Source of the DNA: an uncultured Actinomycetota bacterium
GTDB lineage: Bacteria > Actinomycetota > Actinomycetes > Actinomycetales > Kineosporiaceae
Direction of reading: 5' to 3'
NCBI GenBank assembly: GCA_963750395.1
Contig: CAVVQM010000009.1
Span: forward strand, 69,349 to 133,348
DNA length: 64,000 nucleotides
This document shows, piece by piece, positions 47,254 through 56,591 of this stretch. Every line of letters begins with the position of its first letter. Position 1 is the first letter of the stretch. Under the pieces are notes generated by a model. That model did no database searches. It was not told the origin of the DNA and worked only from the letters and a program-made list of their open reading frames with translations. The position numbers and the translations under genes are program-made.

Positions 47254-48801
47254 TCAGCCGGCGCGGCGGTGATCGTGGTCGTGCACCGAGTCACCTGCAC
47301 GCCCTTGGTGTCCGGACTTCCGCTTGCCGGATCCGATGGACTTCGAACCGGGGACCTTCTTGCCCTTGACCCCGTTCACCGGCTCAGTGCTGTAGGCGTA
47401 GGACAGCACCCCATACGCGACGGCGTCGAGGTTGACGTCGAAGGCGTGCAGGTTGATGTTGTCGTAGGTGTCGCAGGCCAGGTGGTAGCAGGGGTCGTAG
47501 GCCTCGCCCGCCTCGCCGCCCCAGATCCTCGCCTCCTCGTCGGTCTTGATCTCCTCGGCCCCGGTGAACAGACCACCGGACGGAACGCCGACCTCGATGA
47601 AGGGGCCGTAGTCCGAACGCCCGGAGAAGTCGGTCCCCTTGTAGGACTCGCCGATCTGCGTGTAGTAGGACTCGAACAACCTCTCGATGGCCGCTGACCC
47701 GTCGGGTCCGGGGCCGGCACCGACCTGATCGGAATCGTCACCGTCGTAGATGAACAGCACGTGGTTGGGCGATCCGATCATGTCGAAGTTGAGGTAGAGG
47801 GCGATCTGCTTGGTCTCGGCCTCGGTGAGTTGCGCGACGTACTCGGTGGAACCGACCAGGCCGGACTCCTCGGCACCCCACAACGCGAACCGCACCTTGT
47901 TGACGGGCTTGACCTTGGCGAAGGCCTGCGCCACCTCGAGGATCGCCGCCGAGCCGGTCCCGTTGTCCTGGATGCCCGGGCCGGTCGGCACCGAGTCGAG
48001 GTGGGCTCCGATCATCACGACGTTGTCCGGGTCGCCGCGCTCGGTCTCGGCGATCACGTTGGACGTGGTGACGGTCGACCGGGTGGTGTCGGTCGCCAGA
48101 CGCAGCCTCAGACCGTCGGCCACCAGACCAATCAGCCGCTGCCCCTCCTCCATGGTCACGGCGGTGACCGGGATGTCGAGGGCGAAGTCGCTGCCCAGCG
48201 TGCCGTTGAGGACTCCTTCGGCATTGTTGTAAATGATCACTCCGGACGCGCCTGCGGCGTCGGCGTTGGTCGCCTTGACCGCGAACGCGCAGGTACCGCG
48301 GCTGATCAGAGCGATGTCACCGGCCGTGAAGCCCTTGAAATCGGCTGCTTCACAACCGATCGGTGCGTCCACCGTCGAGACGTCGGCGGTGACATCCCCC
48401 GAGCCGGAGTAGGACATGATGTTGTTCTCGATCGGCCCCCCCGCCGGGTCGACCTGCTCGAGCACCGAGTCGGTGTTCGAGCGGAAACTGACGAACTTGA
48501 ACTCCTGGCGGGTCACGGCGTAGCCCGCTTCGCGCAGGACACCCTCGGCGTAGTCGGCCGACTCGTCGTAGCCGGGGGTGCCCGACTGCCGGATGTCATC
48601 GTTGTCATCGGCGATGTCCTGAAAAACCCTCTGGTGCTCACGGGCGCCGTCCAGCGTGACGCAGCGCAGAAGCTTCTTGAACGTGTTGTTCACCGCGTGG
48701 TCGCAGGACGCACCGTCGGCGCCGGCGCTGGCGACCGGCGCCAACGCACTCAGGGCCAGGGACGCCACGGCGGCGATGCCGAGTCGCTTCATCGTGACCA
48801 C
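47254..48801 (-). CDS. secreted M28-family aminopeptidase with a PA domain
   Basis: It has a signal peptide (IAAVASLALSALAPVASA). GAHLDSVPTGPGIQDNGTGSAAILE, ALWGAEESGLVGS and YLNFDMIGSPN are present. Confidence 0.8.
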   Translation of the reverse strand: MVTMKRLGIAAVASLALSALAPVASAGADGASCDHAVNNTFKKLLRCVTLDGAREHQRVFQDIADDNDDIRQSGTPGYDESADYAEGVLREAGYAVTRQEFKFVSFRSNTDSVLEQVDPAGGPIENNIMSYSGSGDVTADVSTVDAPIGCEAADFKGFTAGDIALISRGTCAFAVKATNADAAGASGVIIYNNAEGVLNGTLGSDFALDIPVTAVTMEEGQRLIGLVADGLRLRLATDTTRSTVTTSNVIAETERGDPDNVVMIGAHLDSVPTGPGIQDNGTGSAAILEVAQAFAKVKPVNKVRFALWGAEESGLVGSTEYVAQLTEAETKQIALYLNFDMIGSPNHVLFIYDGDDSDQVGAGPGPDGSAAIERLFESYYTQIGESYKGTDFSGRSDYGPFIEVGVPSGGLFTGAEEIKTDEEARIWGGEAGEAYDPCYHLACDTYDNINLHAFDVNLDAVAYGVLSYAYSTEPVNGVKGKKVPGSKSIGSGKRKSGHQGRAGDSVHDHDHRRAG

Positions 48802-48967
48802 TCCACTCAGTCATGGACCTGCCTCTGACCGAGAGTGGAGCACAACCGGCAAAATCACAACATCAACACAGGTTGTACCTATAAGGGATGTACTGGTAAT
48901 CAGCCCTATATCCGGCAATCCGGGCACCTGGGGGCGACCGCCCCATCCATCTAACGGCCCCATCCGT

Positions 48968-50059
48968 CTAGGTGGCGGTCAGCTCCTCGGCGATCAGCTC
49001 CGCGATCTGCGCGGTGTTCAGCGCCGCGCCCTTGCGCAGGTTGTCGCCGCAGACGAACAGCTCCATCGAGTTCGGGAAGTCCAGGGACTGCCGCAGCCGA
49101 CCGACGAACGTCGGGTCGGAGCCGACGACGTCAGCCGGGGTCGGGAACTCCATGGCGCCGTGGTCGTCCAGGACGACCACGGACGGTGCCTCCATGAGCG
49201 CCTGCCGGGCCTCGGCCACCGAGACCGGATTCTGGAACGTCGCGTGGACGGCGAGCGAGTGCGTCGTCACCACCGGCACCCGCACACACGTGGCGGACAC
49301 CTTCAGGTCGGCGATACCCAGGATCTTGCGTGACTCGTTGCGGACCTTCAGCTCCTCGCTGGTCCACCCGTCGTCCTTCGCCGACCCGGCCCACGGCACG
49401 ACGTTCAGGGCCAACGGCGCCGGGAACGGGGAGTCGTCCATGCCGAGCTTGGCCTCGATGGCGCGCCGCACGTCCCCTGCGGTCTGACCGAGCGACCGAT
49501 CGTCGCCGACCACACTCAGTTCGTCATAGAGGCGGTCCACGCCGGGCTGCCCCGCGCCGGAGGCGGCCTGGTACGAGGCGACGACCAGCTCTGTCAGACC
49601 CCAGCGGCGGTGCAGCGCACCGAGAGCGTCCATCATCGTCAGGGTCGTGCAGTTCGGGTTCGAGATGATGCCCTTCGGACGGTTGCGCGCCTGGGCCGGG
49701 TTGACCTCCGGAACCACCAACGGCACCTCGGGATCCATCCGGAACGCCCCCGAGTTGTCCACCACCACGGCGCCCCGCTCGACCGCGATCGGCCCCCAGT
49801 GCGCCGAGACGTCGTCCGGGACGTCGAACATCGCGACGTCGACTCCGTCGAACACCTCAGCGGTCAGTTCCTGCACGGTGAGCTGTTCACCGCGACAGGT
49901 CAGCCGGCGACCGGCCGAGCGCGCCGAGGCGACCAGCCGGATCTCACCCCAGACGTCCTCCCGGGTCGACAGGATCCTGAGCATGACCGATCCGACGGCA
50001 CCGGTGGCCCCGACCACGGCAAGGGTCGGCCTGCTGCCATGCTCCGCGCGATCGCTCAT
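48968..50059 (-). CDS. asd: aspartate-semialdehyde dehydrogenase
   Basis: [15 protein letters not shown] (the active-site Cys region) and the length of 363 aa fit asd. It overlaps the ask stop by 4 nt. Confidence 0.95.
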   Translation of the reverse strand: MSDRAEHGSRPTLAVVGATGAVGSVMLRILSTREDVWGEIRLVASARSAGRRLTCRGEQLTVQELTAEVFDGVDVAMFDVPDDVSAHWGPIAVERGAVVVDNSGAFRMDPEVPLVVPEVNPAQARNRPKGIISNPNCTTLTMMDALGALHRRWGLTELVVASYQAASGAGQPGVDRLYDELSVVGDDRSLGQTAGDVRRAIEAKLGMDDSPFPAPLALNVVPWAGSAKDDGWTSEELKVRNESRKILGIADLKVSATCVRVPVVTTHSLAVHATFQNPVSVAEARQALMEAPSVVVLDDHGAMEFPTPADVVGSDPTFVGRLRQSLDFPNSMELFVCGDNLRKGAALNTAQIAELIAEELTAT

Positions 50060-51357
50060 CGTCCCGTCCCTCCGTAGACCACGGCCTCGACCTGGTCGGC
50101 ATCCAACCCGAAGGCCGAGTGCACCGCCCGCACGGCGGTGTCCACATCCTCGGCGCGGGTGACGACCGAGATCCGGATCTCCGAGGTGCTGATCATCTCG
50201 ATGTTCACCCCCGTGACGGCCAGGGCCTCGAAGAACCTGGCCGACACCCCCGGGTGGCTGCGCATGCCCGCCCCGATCAGGGACACCTTGCCGATCTCCT
50301 CGTCGTACTGCAACGAGCCGAATCCGACGGAGTCCCGCTCGGCCTCCAGGGCGGTCAGCGCCTTCTTGCCGTCGGTCTTCGGCAGCGTGAACGAGACGTC
50401 GGTCAGGCCCGTGGCCGCGACCGAGACGTTCTGCACGATCATGTCCAGGTTCACATCGGCGGCCGCGACCGCCTTGAAGATCGCGGCGGCCTTGCCGGGC
50501 TTGTCGGGGACCCCCACCACGGTCACCTTGGCCTCGCTGCGGTCGTGCGCGACTCCGGAGATGATCGCGTCCTCCATCGCTTCGTCCTCACCCTCTGTCG
50601 TGCCCTTCGCCACGCCACGGTTGGGCTCGGCGCTGACCCAGGTCCCCGGACGATGACTGAACGAGGAGCGTACGTGCACCCGCACCCCGAACCGGCGCGC
50701 ATATTCCACGCACCGCAGGTGGAGCACCTTGGCCCCGCTGGCCGCCATCTCGAGCATCTCCTCGTACGAGGTCTGCTCGATCCGCCTCGCCGAGGGAACG
50801 ATCCGCGGATCGGCGGTGAACACGCCGTCCACGTCGGTGTAGATCTCACAGACGTCGGCGCCGAGGGCAGCGGCCAGGGCCACCGCGGTGGTGTCCGAGG
50901 CGCCGCGCCCCAGGGTGGTCACGTCCTTGGTGGTCTGGCTGACCCCCTGGAACCCCGCGATGATCGCGACGTCGCCGTCGCCGAGCGCCGAGGTGATCCG
51001 GCTCGGGGTGATGTCGATGATCCGGGCGTCGCCGTGCTGGGCGGTGGTGATCACCCCGGCCTGACTACCGGTGAAGGAGCGGGCGTTCACCCCGCGCTCC
51101 ATGATCGCCATCGCCAGCAGCGCCGCCGACATGCGCTCTCCCGCGGTCAGCAGCATGTCGAGCTCGCGCATGGGAGGGGCCGGGGTGATCCGGTGCGCCA
51201 GGTCGAACAGGTCGTCGGTGGTGTCCCCCATCGCGGAGACGATCACGGCGACGTCGCTGCCGGCCTTCCTGGTCTCCACGACCCGCTTGGCCACCCGCTT
51301 GATGCCGTCGGCATCCGCTACTGACGAACCCCCGTACTTCTGGACGACGAGACTCAC
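50056..51357 (-). CDS. lysC: aspartokinase
   Basis: GTG 51357 is preceded by [34 protein letters not shown] and the C-terminal ACT domains are present. The 682-aa ORF in the track is an upstream read-through. An internal Met ([10 protein letters not shown]) matches the position of the beta-subunit start known in corynebacteria and mycobacteria. Confidence 0.95.
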   Translation of the reverse strand: MSLVVQKYGGSSVADADGIKRVAKRVVETRKAGSDVAVIVSAMGDTTDDLFDLAHRITPAPPMRELDMLLTAGERMSAALLAMAIMERGVNARSFTGSQAGVITTAQHGDARIIDITPSRITSALGDGDVAIIAGFQGVSQTTKDVTTLGRGASDTTAVALAAALGADVCEIYTDVDGVFTADPRIVPSARRIEQTSYEEMLEMAASGAKVLHLRCVEYARRFGVRVHVRSSFSHRPGTWVSAEPNRGVAKGTTEGEDEAMEDAIISGVAHDRSEAKVTVVGVPDKPGKAAAIFKAVAAADVNLDMIVQNVSVAATGLTDVSFTLPKTDGKKALTALEAERDSVGFGSLQYDEEIGKVSLIGAGMRSHPGVSARFFEALAVTGVNIEMISTSEIRISVVTRAEDVDTAVRAVHSAFGLDADQVEAVVYGGTGR

Positions 51358-51473
51358 GAGGACGGCTCCTGAACGCGGGCGACACGGCTGACGGGGCGGG
51401 CGGGGGACGTCGATCCGGGCCCGGCGTGAGTCTACCGGCGCCGGCACACCCGGGCAGTACCCGTTTCCGCGGA

Positions 51474-52085
51474 TCAGTCGCGCGGGGCGCCGTCCTGGTC
51501 GTGCAGGGCCTCGAACTCGGCCTCCCCGGCGGTGTCGACGTCCACGTCGAGGCGGAGGTGTCCGATCATCGTCTGCAGCACCCGCAGAGCCGCGCTCGCC
51601 CGCACTCCCCAGGTCGAGAGGTAGGAGTACTGCCACCACCACAGCGCCTCGTCGACCCGGCCGGCGCGATGATGCCGCAGCCCGTGGGTCAGGTCGGCGG
51701 CGACGTCGGCGAGATCGTTGGAGAGCACTCCCCTGACGAGTTCGACGCTGGTCAGCGGATCGAGGACGTCGGCGTACTCGTCGACCCCCTCGAAGAGGTT
51801 GGCCAGGCCGACTCGCACCGGGTCGATGTCGGCGTCCGGCCCGGAGTCCGGCTCGAACCGCTCGCTCGGCACCACATCGGTGATCGCGCCGAGCCGGGCA
51901 CCCGAGGCCAGGATCTGGGACACCGCGAGCATGAGCACCGGAATGGCGCTGTCGGGGTTGTTGCCACTGGCCACCTCGCTCAGGGCGGCGAGGTAGGTCT
52001 CGGTGTCCGCGGCGGTCTCGGTGGCGAGCCGGTACAACTCGGCCGCCTCCGCGTTCGGTCGGACGTCGGCTGTCTGGCCGGTCAT
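51474..52085 (-). CDS. conserved hypothetical protein (DUF5063-like)
   Basis: The ORF is 203 aa, acidic and helical, and lies between recR and ask. The family assignment is tentative. Confidence 0.5.
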   Translation of the reverse strand: MTGQTADVRPNAEAAELYRLATETAADTETYLAALSEVASGNNPDSAIPVLMLAVSQILASGARLGAITDVVPSERFEPDSGPDADIDPVRVGLANLFEGVDEYADVLDPLTSVELVRGVLSNDLADVAADLTHGLRHHRAGRVDEALWWWQYSYLSTWGVRASAALRVLQTMIGHLRLDVDVDTAGEAEFEALHDQDGAPRD

Positions 52086-52100
52086 GACCAGCCCTCCCTC

Positions 52101-52700
52101 TCACACATCGAGCAACCGCCGGCCCTCGAAGGCACGGCCCAGGGTCACCTCGTCGGCGTACTCCAGGTCACCGCCCACCGGCAGCCCGGAGGCCAGCCGG
52201 GTGACCCTCAGCCCCATCGGCTTGAGCAACCGGGCCAGATAGGTCGCCGTGGCCTCGCCCTCGAGGTTCGGATCGGTGGCCAGGATGATCTCCACGATCT
52301 CGCCGTCGGCCAGCCGGGTCAGCAACTCCCTGATCCGCAGGTCGTCGGGCCCGATGCCCTCGATCGGGCTGATCGCGCCGCCCAGCACGTGATAGCGCCC
52401 GCGGAACTCGCGGGTGCGCTCGATGGCCACGACGTCCTTGGACTCCTCGACGACGCAGAGCAGGCTGGTGTCGCGGCGTTGGTCGCGGCAGATCCGGCAC
52501 GACTCGTCGGCCGACACGTTGCCGCAGACCACGCAGAAACGGACCTTCTCGCACACCTCGATCAGGGACGACGCGAGTCGCCGGACGTCGACCGGGTCCG
52601 AGGCGAGCAGGTGGAAGGCGATCCGCTGGGCACTCTTGGGACCGACCCCGGGCAGTCGCCCGAGTTCGTCGATGAGTTCCTGCACCACGCCCTCGTACAC
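52101..52700 (-). CDS. recR: recombination protein RecR
   Basis: The GTG start gives [32 protein letters not shown] (HhH). The zinc finger is [17 protein letters not shown] Toprim domain follows. Confidence 0.95.
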   Translation of the reverse strand: MYEGVVQELIDELGRLPGVGPKSAQRIAFHLLASDPVDVRRLASSLIEVCEKVRFCVVCGNVSADESCRICRDQRRDTSLLCVVEESKDVVAIERTREFRGRYHVLGGAISPIEGIGPDDLRIRELLTRLADGEIVEIILATDPNLEGEATATYLARLLKPMGLRVTRLASGLPVGGDLEYADEVTLGRAFEGRRLLDV

Positions 52701-52776
52701 GACGCCGAGCCTACGGGGCGTCGGCGACATCCGCCGCACCCTGGGCCGATCAGAACGATCGTGGTTCGCCCACGGC

Positions 52777-53424
52777 TCAGAAGGTGCCGGCGCCCGTCGC
52801 GGCCAGGTCGCGCACGTCCAGTCCGGGGAACACCCGTCCCAGGGCGTTCAGGAACACCGCGCGCCCCGGTGGCGACAGCAGTCCGTCGTGGATCGGGACG
52901 ACCACGCCGGCGCCGGACCGCTCGGCGAAATCGGCGACCTGGCCCAGGCTGCTCCACGGCGCGGACAGCGGCAGGGCCAGCACGTCCACGCCGTCCGGCC
53001 GGTGCTCCAGACTGTCGCCCGGGTGGAACAACGTCGGCCCGTCCTGCTCGCTCACCAGGAGACCCACGTTGCCGACCCGCGGGATCCGCTCGTGGATCAG
53101 CGCATGCCACTCGCCCACGGCCTGCACGCGAAGGTCGCCGATGCTCAGGGCGGCGCCGGGAGCCAGTTCGCGGGCCCGCACGCCGGCCTCGGCGGTCACC
53201 GCCACGGTCTGCGGCTCGACGTGTAGGCGGGCCCCGGGGTTGGCCGCCATCAGGGTGGGCAGACGATGCGGGTCGAGATGATCCGGGTGCTGATGGGTGA
53301 CCAGCACCGCGTCGAGATCGGTGACCGCCTCCAGGGCGGGCGTGAGCGTCCCCGGGTCGATCAGCACGCGGACCCGACCCGTCTCGATCACGACCGTGGA
53401 ATGTCCCAGGTGTGTGACGCGCAT
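52777..53424 (-). CDS. MBL-fold metallo-hydrolase
   Basis: VTHQHPDH (the HxHxDH motif) is present in a 215-aa ORF. Confidence 0.75.
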   Translation of the reverse strand: MRVTHLGHSTVVIETGRVRVLIDPGTLTPALEAVTDLDAVLVTHQHPDHLDPHRLPTLMAANPGARLHVEPQTVAVTAEAGVRARELAPGAALSIGDLRVQAVGEWHALIHERIPRVGNVGLLVSEQDGPTLFHPGDSLEHRPDGVDVLALPLSAPWSSLGQVADFAERSGAGVVVPIHDGLLSPPGRAVFLNALGRVFPGLDVRDLAATGAGTF

Positions 53425-53446
53425 GCCCTCAGCGTGACACGGGTGC

Positions 53447-54304
53447 TCAGCCGGCCGCGGAGTACCGCTCGATCACCGCGTCCGACAGCGCCGGCCAGGC
53501 CTGCATCGCCCAGGCGTCGAACGGCCGATCGGTCAGGGCGATGCACGCCAGCTTCGCCTGCGGATCCAGCCAGAAGAAGGTGCCCGCGGCGCCGAAGTGG
53601 CCGATCGTCTCGGTGGAGACCCTGGTGCCCGCCCAGTGCGGCCCGCCGTCGGTCTGGAGCCGACCGAAGTTGCGCTCGAACCCGAAACCCCAGTCGCAGG
53701 GATCGAACCGGCCGACGCCGGGCACGAGGCCGGTGAGCCCGGGGAACTGCACCTGGACGGCGGACGCGGCACCCTGCGGGGACAGCAGTCTCGGCGCGAA
53801 CAGCTCCCCCGCGAAGGCGGCCAGCTCCCTGACGGTGGCGTAGACGGCGTGCGCCACGGATCCCTGCAGGCTCGCCGAGGTCATCCCGAGGGGCTCCAGG
53901 ACCGCCTCGGCCAGATAGGTCCCGAAGTCGATCCCGCTGGCGGCGGCGAGGTGATCCGCCGCCGCCTCGATCCCGGCGTTCGAGTAGATCCGCCGGGCGC
54001 CCGGGGCGCTCATGGCCGGATCGGTGGCCTCGAGTCCCATCCCCGAGGTGTGGGCCAGCAGGTGGGCCAACGTGGCGCCCCGGTCCCGGACCGCCGGCGG
54101 ACCGGCGGGGTCGTCCAGTGAGACGGCCTCCTCCTCGACGCCGATCAGGACCGCGTAGGCGACCAGCAGCTTGGAGATCGAGGCCAGCCGGAAGGGCGTG
54201 TCGATCGCACCCCGGGAGGCGATCACCGAGCCGTCCGGCCCGACGACGGCGGCAGCCACATTCGGCACGTCCCACGAATCGATCTGTGCCAACGGTTCAC
54301 TCAT
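53447..54304 (-). CDS. serine hydrolase (beta-lactamase/PBP4-like family)
   Basis: The SxxK motif is present (LASISKLLVAYAV) in a 285-aa ORF. It overlaps the dnaX stop by 4 nt. Confidence 0.75.
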   Translation of the reverse strand: MSEPLAQIDSWDVPNVAAAVVGPDGSVIASRGAIDTPFRLASISKLLVAYAVLIGVEEEAVSLDDPAGPPAVRDRGATLAHLLAHTSGMGLEATDPAMSAPGARRIYSNAGIEAAADHLAAASGIDFGTYLAEAVLEPLGMTSASLQGSVAHAVYATVRELAAFAGELFAPRLLSPQGAASAVQVQFPGLTGLVPGVGRFDPCDWGFGFERNFGRLQTDGGPHWAGTRVSTETIGHFGAAGTFFWLDPQAKLACIALTDRPFDAWAMQAWPALSDAVIERYSAAG

Positions 54305-56412
54305 GTGTCGCTCTCCTCGATCACTCGGCCGCCAAGCAGTTGTTCGACCACCGGGCGCCCCACCTGTCCCGATCCGTCGAGATTCTCGTCGTCCGGGCTG
54401 GCGTCCCGGTCCAGCGCCGGCGTGGTCCGGGGCAGCCGCGGCTCGTCCTCGGGCGGGGGCGGCTCATCCTCCGGCGACGGCTCGTCCGGCCAGGGCACCT
54501 CGTCCGTGGACCGGGCCGGAGCCGGACGCGCAGCGGTGCGCGGACCGCCCGATGCCGGGGCCGGCCGGGCGGCAGGCTGCGGAGCCGGTCGGGCGGCAGG
54601 CTCCGGGGCGGGCCGGGCGGCAGCCTCCGGGGCCCTGGACGGCGCCGCCGCGGCGGATCGCGGCGCGCTCCGGGCAGCACCGCCGGATCGAGCATCCTTG
54701 GCGACCGCCTCGATCCCGCAGTCCAGCCCGATCACATCGATCAGGGCCTGGCGCAGGTACTCCTGGTGGGCGCCGCGGGAGAAGGAGGTGGACAGCCCCC
54801 CGGTGCCGAACTCGAGCACCAGCCGCTGCCCGTCGTACTCGAGCACCTGGGCGTGCTGCGACACCAGCGACCAGGTGGCCCGCTTCAGCTGGGTCAGATT
54901 GGCCATCACGTCCGGCCACATCCGGCGGATCTGCTCGGTGCTGACCTGCCCCTGGGCGTCCGCCGCGGACGACGGGCCCGGCTCGGCGGCCTGCTCGGCC
55001 CGCTGGGACGGCCGGTCCCACCCGGCCGGTTCGGCGACCGGTCGGGTGTCCCCACCCGATGCTTCAGGCGCGGTGGCCGGTCGGGTGTCCGCAGCCGATG
55101 CTTCAGGCGCGGTGGCCGGTCGGGTATCCGCGGAAGGGACGTCAGGCGAAGCCAGTCCCGGAGCGGATGCCCGACCGGCCACCGGACCGGATCCCGGAGC
55201 GGATGCCCGGCCGGCCACCGGACCGGATCCCGGAGCGGAACCAGGAATCGCGACCCCGAGCCGCTTCTCCACCCGATCCAGACGGGCGCCCAGCCCGCGC
55301 TGGGTGTCCTCGGCCCCGGGCAACAGCAGGCGTGCCATGAGCAGTTCGAGTTGGAGTCGCGGCGAGGTGGCCCCGGTCATCTCGGTCAGGGCGGTATTGA
55401 CCACATCCGCCGCACGGGACAGCTCCGCGCGCCCGAACCGGCCGGCCTGCCCGCGCATCCGAGCCAACTGATCGGCCGGCAGCGCGCGCAGCACCGTGTG
55501 CCCGCCGTCCGGGACCGCGGCGACCACGAGCAGGTCCCGAAGCCGTTCGAGCAGATCCTCCACGAACCGGCGCGGATCGTGCCCGGAGGAGACGACGCGA
55601 TCGAGCACCGCGAAGGCGGCGGCGCCGTCGGCCGCGGCGATCGCATCCACCACGTCGTCCAGCAGGGTCGCGTCGGTGTACCCGAGCAGCGAGACCGCCA
55701 GCGCGTAGTCGAGCCCATCCGGCCCGCAGCCCGCGATCAACTGGTCGAGCACGGACAGCGAGTCCCGAACGGACCCGGCGCCGGCCCGGACGACCAGCGA
55801 CAGCACGCCCTGACCGACGGCGACCCCCTCGGCCTGGCAGAGCTCGGCCAGGTAGGCCTCGAGCCGCTCGGGCGGGACCAGACGGAAGGGGTAGTGATGG
55901 GTGCGCGAGCGGATGGTTCCGATGACCTTGTCCGGCTCGGTGGTCGCGAACAGGAAGCGGACGTGCTCCGGGGGCTCCTCGACGATCTTCAGCAGGGCAT
56001 TGAACCCCTGGGTGGAGACCATGTGGGCCTCGTCGATGATGAAGATCTTGTAGCGATCCCGTGCCGGGGCGTAGGCCGCTCGTTCGCGCAGGTTGCGCGC
56101 GTCGTCCACGCCACCGTGACTGGCCGCGTCGATCTCGACCACGTCCAGGCTGCCCGGGCCGCCGCGGGCCAGTTCGCGGCACGACTCGCACTCGCCGCAG
56201 GGGGTCGCGGTGGGACCCTTTGCGCAGTTCATGCAGCGGGCCATGATGCGCGCGGAGGTGGTCTTCCCGCAGCCGCGTGGCCCGGAGAACAGATAGGCGT
56301 GGTTGACCCGGTCCTTGGTCAGGGCAGCGGTGAGCGGGGCCGTGACATGGTCCTGGCCGATCACCTCGGCGAAGGTGTCCGGGCGATACCTGCGGTAGAG
56401 AGCGGTGGCCAC
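54301..56412 (-). CDS. dnaX: DNA polymerase III subunits gamma/tau
   Basis: ALYRRYRPDTFAEVIGQDHV, FSGPRGCGKTTSARI, CGECESC and IFIIDEAHM are present. GTG 56412 is preferred over ORF start 56499, which would overlap the SRP RNA. The linker contains in-frame tandem repeats. Confidence 0.95.
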   Translation of the reverse strand: MATALYRRYRPDTFAEVIGQDHVTAPLTAALTKDRVNHAYLFSGPRGCGKTTSARIMARCMNCAKGPTATPCGECESCRELARGGPGSLDVVEIDAASHGGVDDARNLRERAAYAPARDRYKIFIIDEAHMVSTQGFNALLKIVEEPPEHVRFLFATTEPDKVIGTIRSRTHHYPFRLVPPERLEAYLAELCQAEGVAVGQGVLSLVVRAGAGSVRDSLSVLDQLIAGCGPDGLDYALAVSLLGYTDATLLDDVVDAIAAADGAAAFAVLDRVVSSGHDPRRFVEDLLERLRDLLVVAAVPDGGHTVLRALPADQLARMRGQAGRFGRAELSRAADVVNTALTEMTGATSPRLQLELLMARLLLPGAEDTQRGLGARLDRVEKRLGVAIPGSAPGSGPVAGRASAPGSGPVAGRASAPGLASPDVPSADTRPATAPEASAADTRPATAPEASGGDTRPVAEPAGWDRPSQRAEQAAEPGPSSAADAQGQVSTEQIRRMWPDVMANLTQLKRATWSLVSQHAQVLEYDGQRLVLEFGTGGLSTSFSRGAHQEYLRQALIDVIGLDCGIEAVAKDARSGGAARSAPRSAAAAPSRAPEAAARPAPEPAARPAPQPAARPAPASGGPRTAARPAPARSTDEVPWPDEPSPEDEPPPPEDEPRLPRTTPALDRDASPDDENLDGSGQVGRPVVEQLLGGRVIEESDT

Positions 56413-56479
56413 CCTCGGCACCCTAGCCGCGAGGACCGACCGGTCGGCAGGCCTGGGCCACTGGGCTAGCATTGACGGC

Positions 56480-56567
56480 GACCCCTCGCGTGGCGTCACC
56501 CCGCTGAACTCCCCCAGGGCCGGAAGGCAGCAAGGGTAGGCAGGCTCTGGCGGGTGCGCGGGGGGTC
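56480..56567 (+). ncRNA. ffs: signal recognition particle RNA (small 4.5S type)
   Basis: The domain IV signature is CCCCCAGGGCC-GGAA-GGCAGCAAGGG, with a GNAR tetraloop and 5' AGG / 3' AGCA loops. A closing helix pairs 56480-56492 with 56555-56567 (13 bp including G-U pairs). The GGAA/AGCA polarity is what sets the strand. The ends are approximate. Confidence 0.7.
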
Positions 56568-56591
56568 CTTCAGTGCCTCAGGCGGTATCGA

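Noticed and set aside
48802-48967. A structured RNA or riboswitch in the AT-rich region between the M28 peptidase gene and asd.
   Set aside because: I saw only short features: an 8-bp inverted repeat (CTCCACTC / GAGTGGAG) and a 13-bp direct repeat (CCCCATCCrTCTA). None matches a riboswitch class I know. The region most likely holds promoter and terminator elements.
50056-52104. A 682-aa 'aspartokinase' ORF. Similarly extended ORFs are 15685-17721 (tsaC), 916-2079 (mutT1), 58672-60714 (GH3) and 60486-62450.
   Set aside because: The N-terminal extensions are Arg/Pro-rich and overlap neighbouring genes. Conserved N-termini with plausible GTG or ATG starts and Shine-Dalgarno sequences lie far downstream, for example GTG 51357 preceded by AGGAG.
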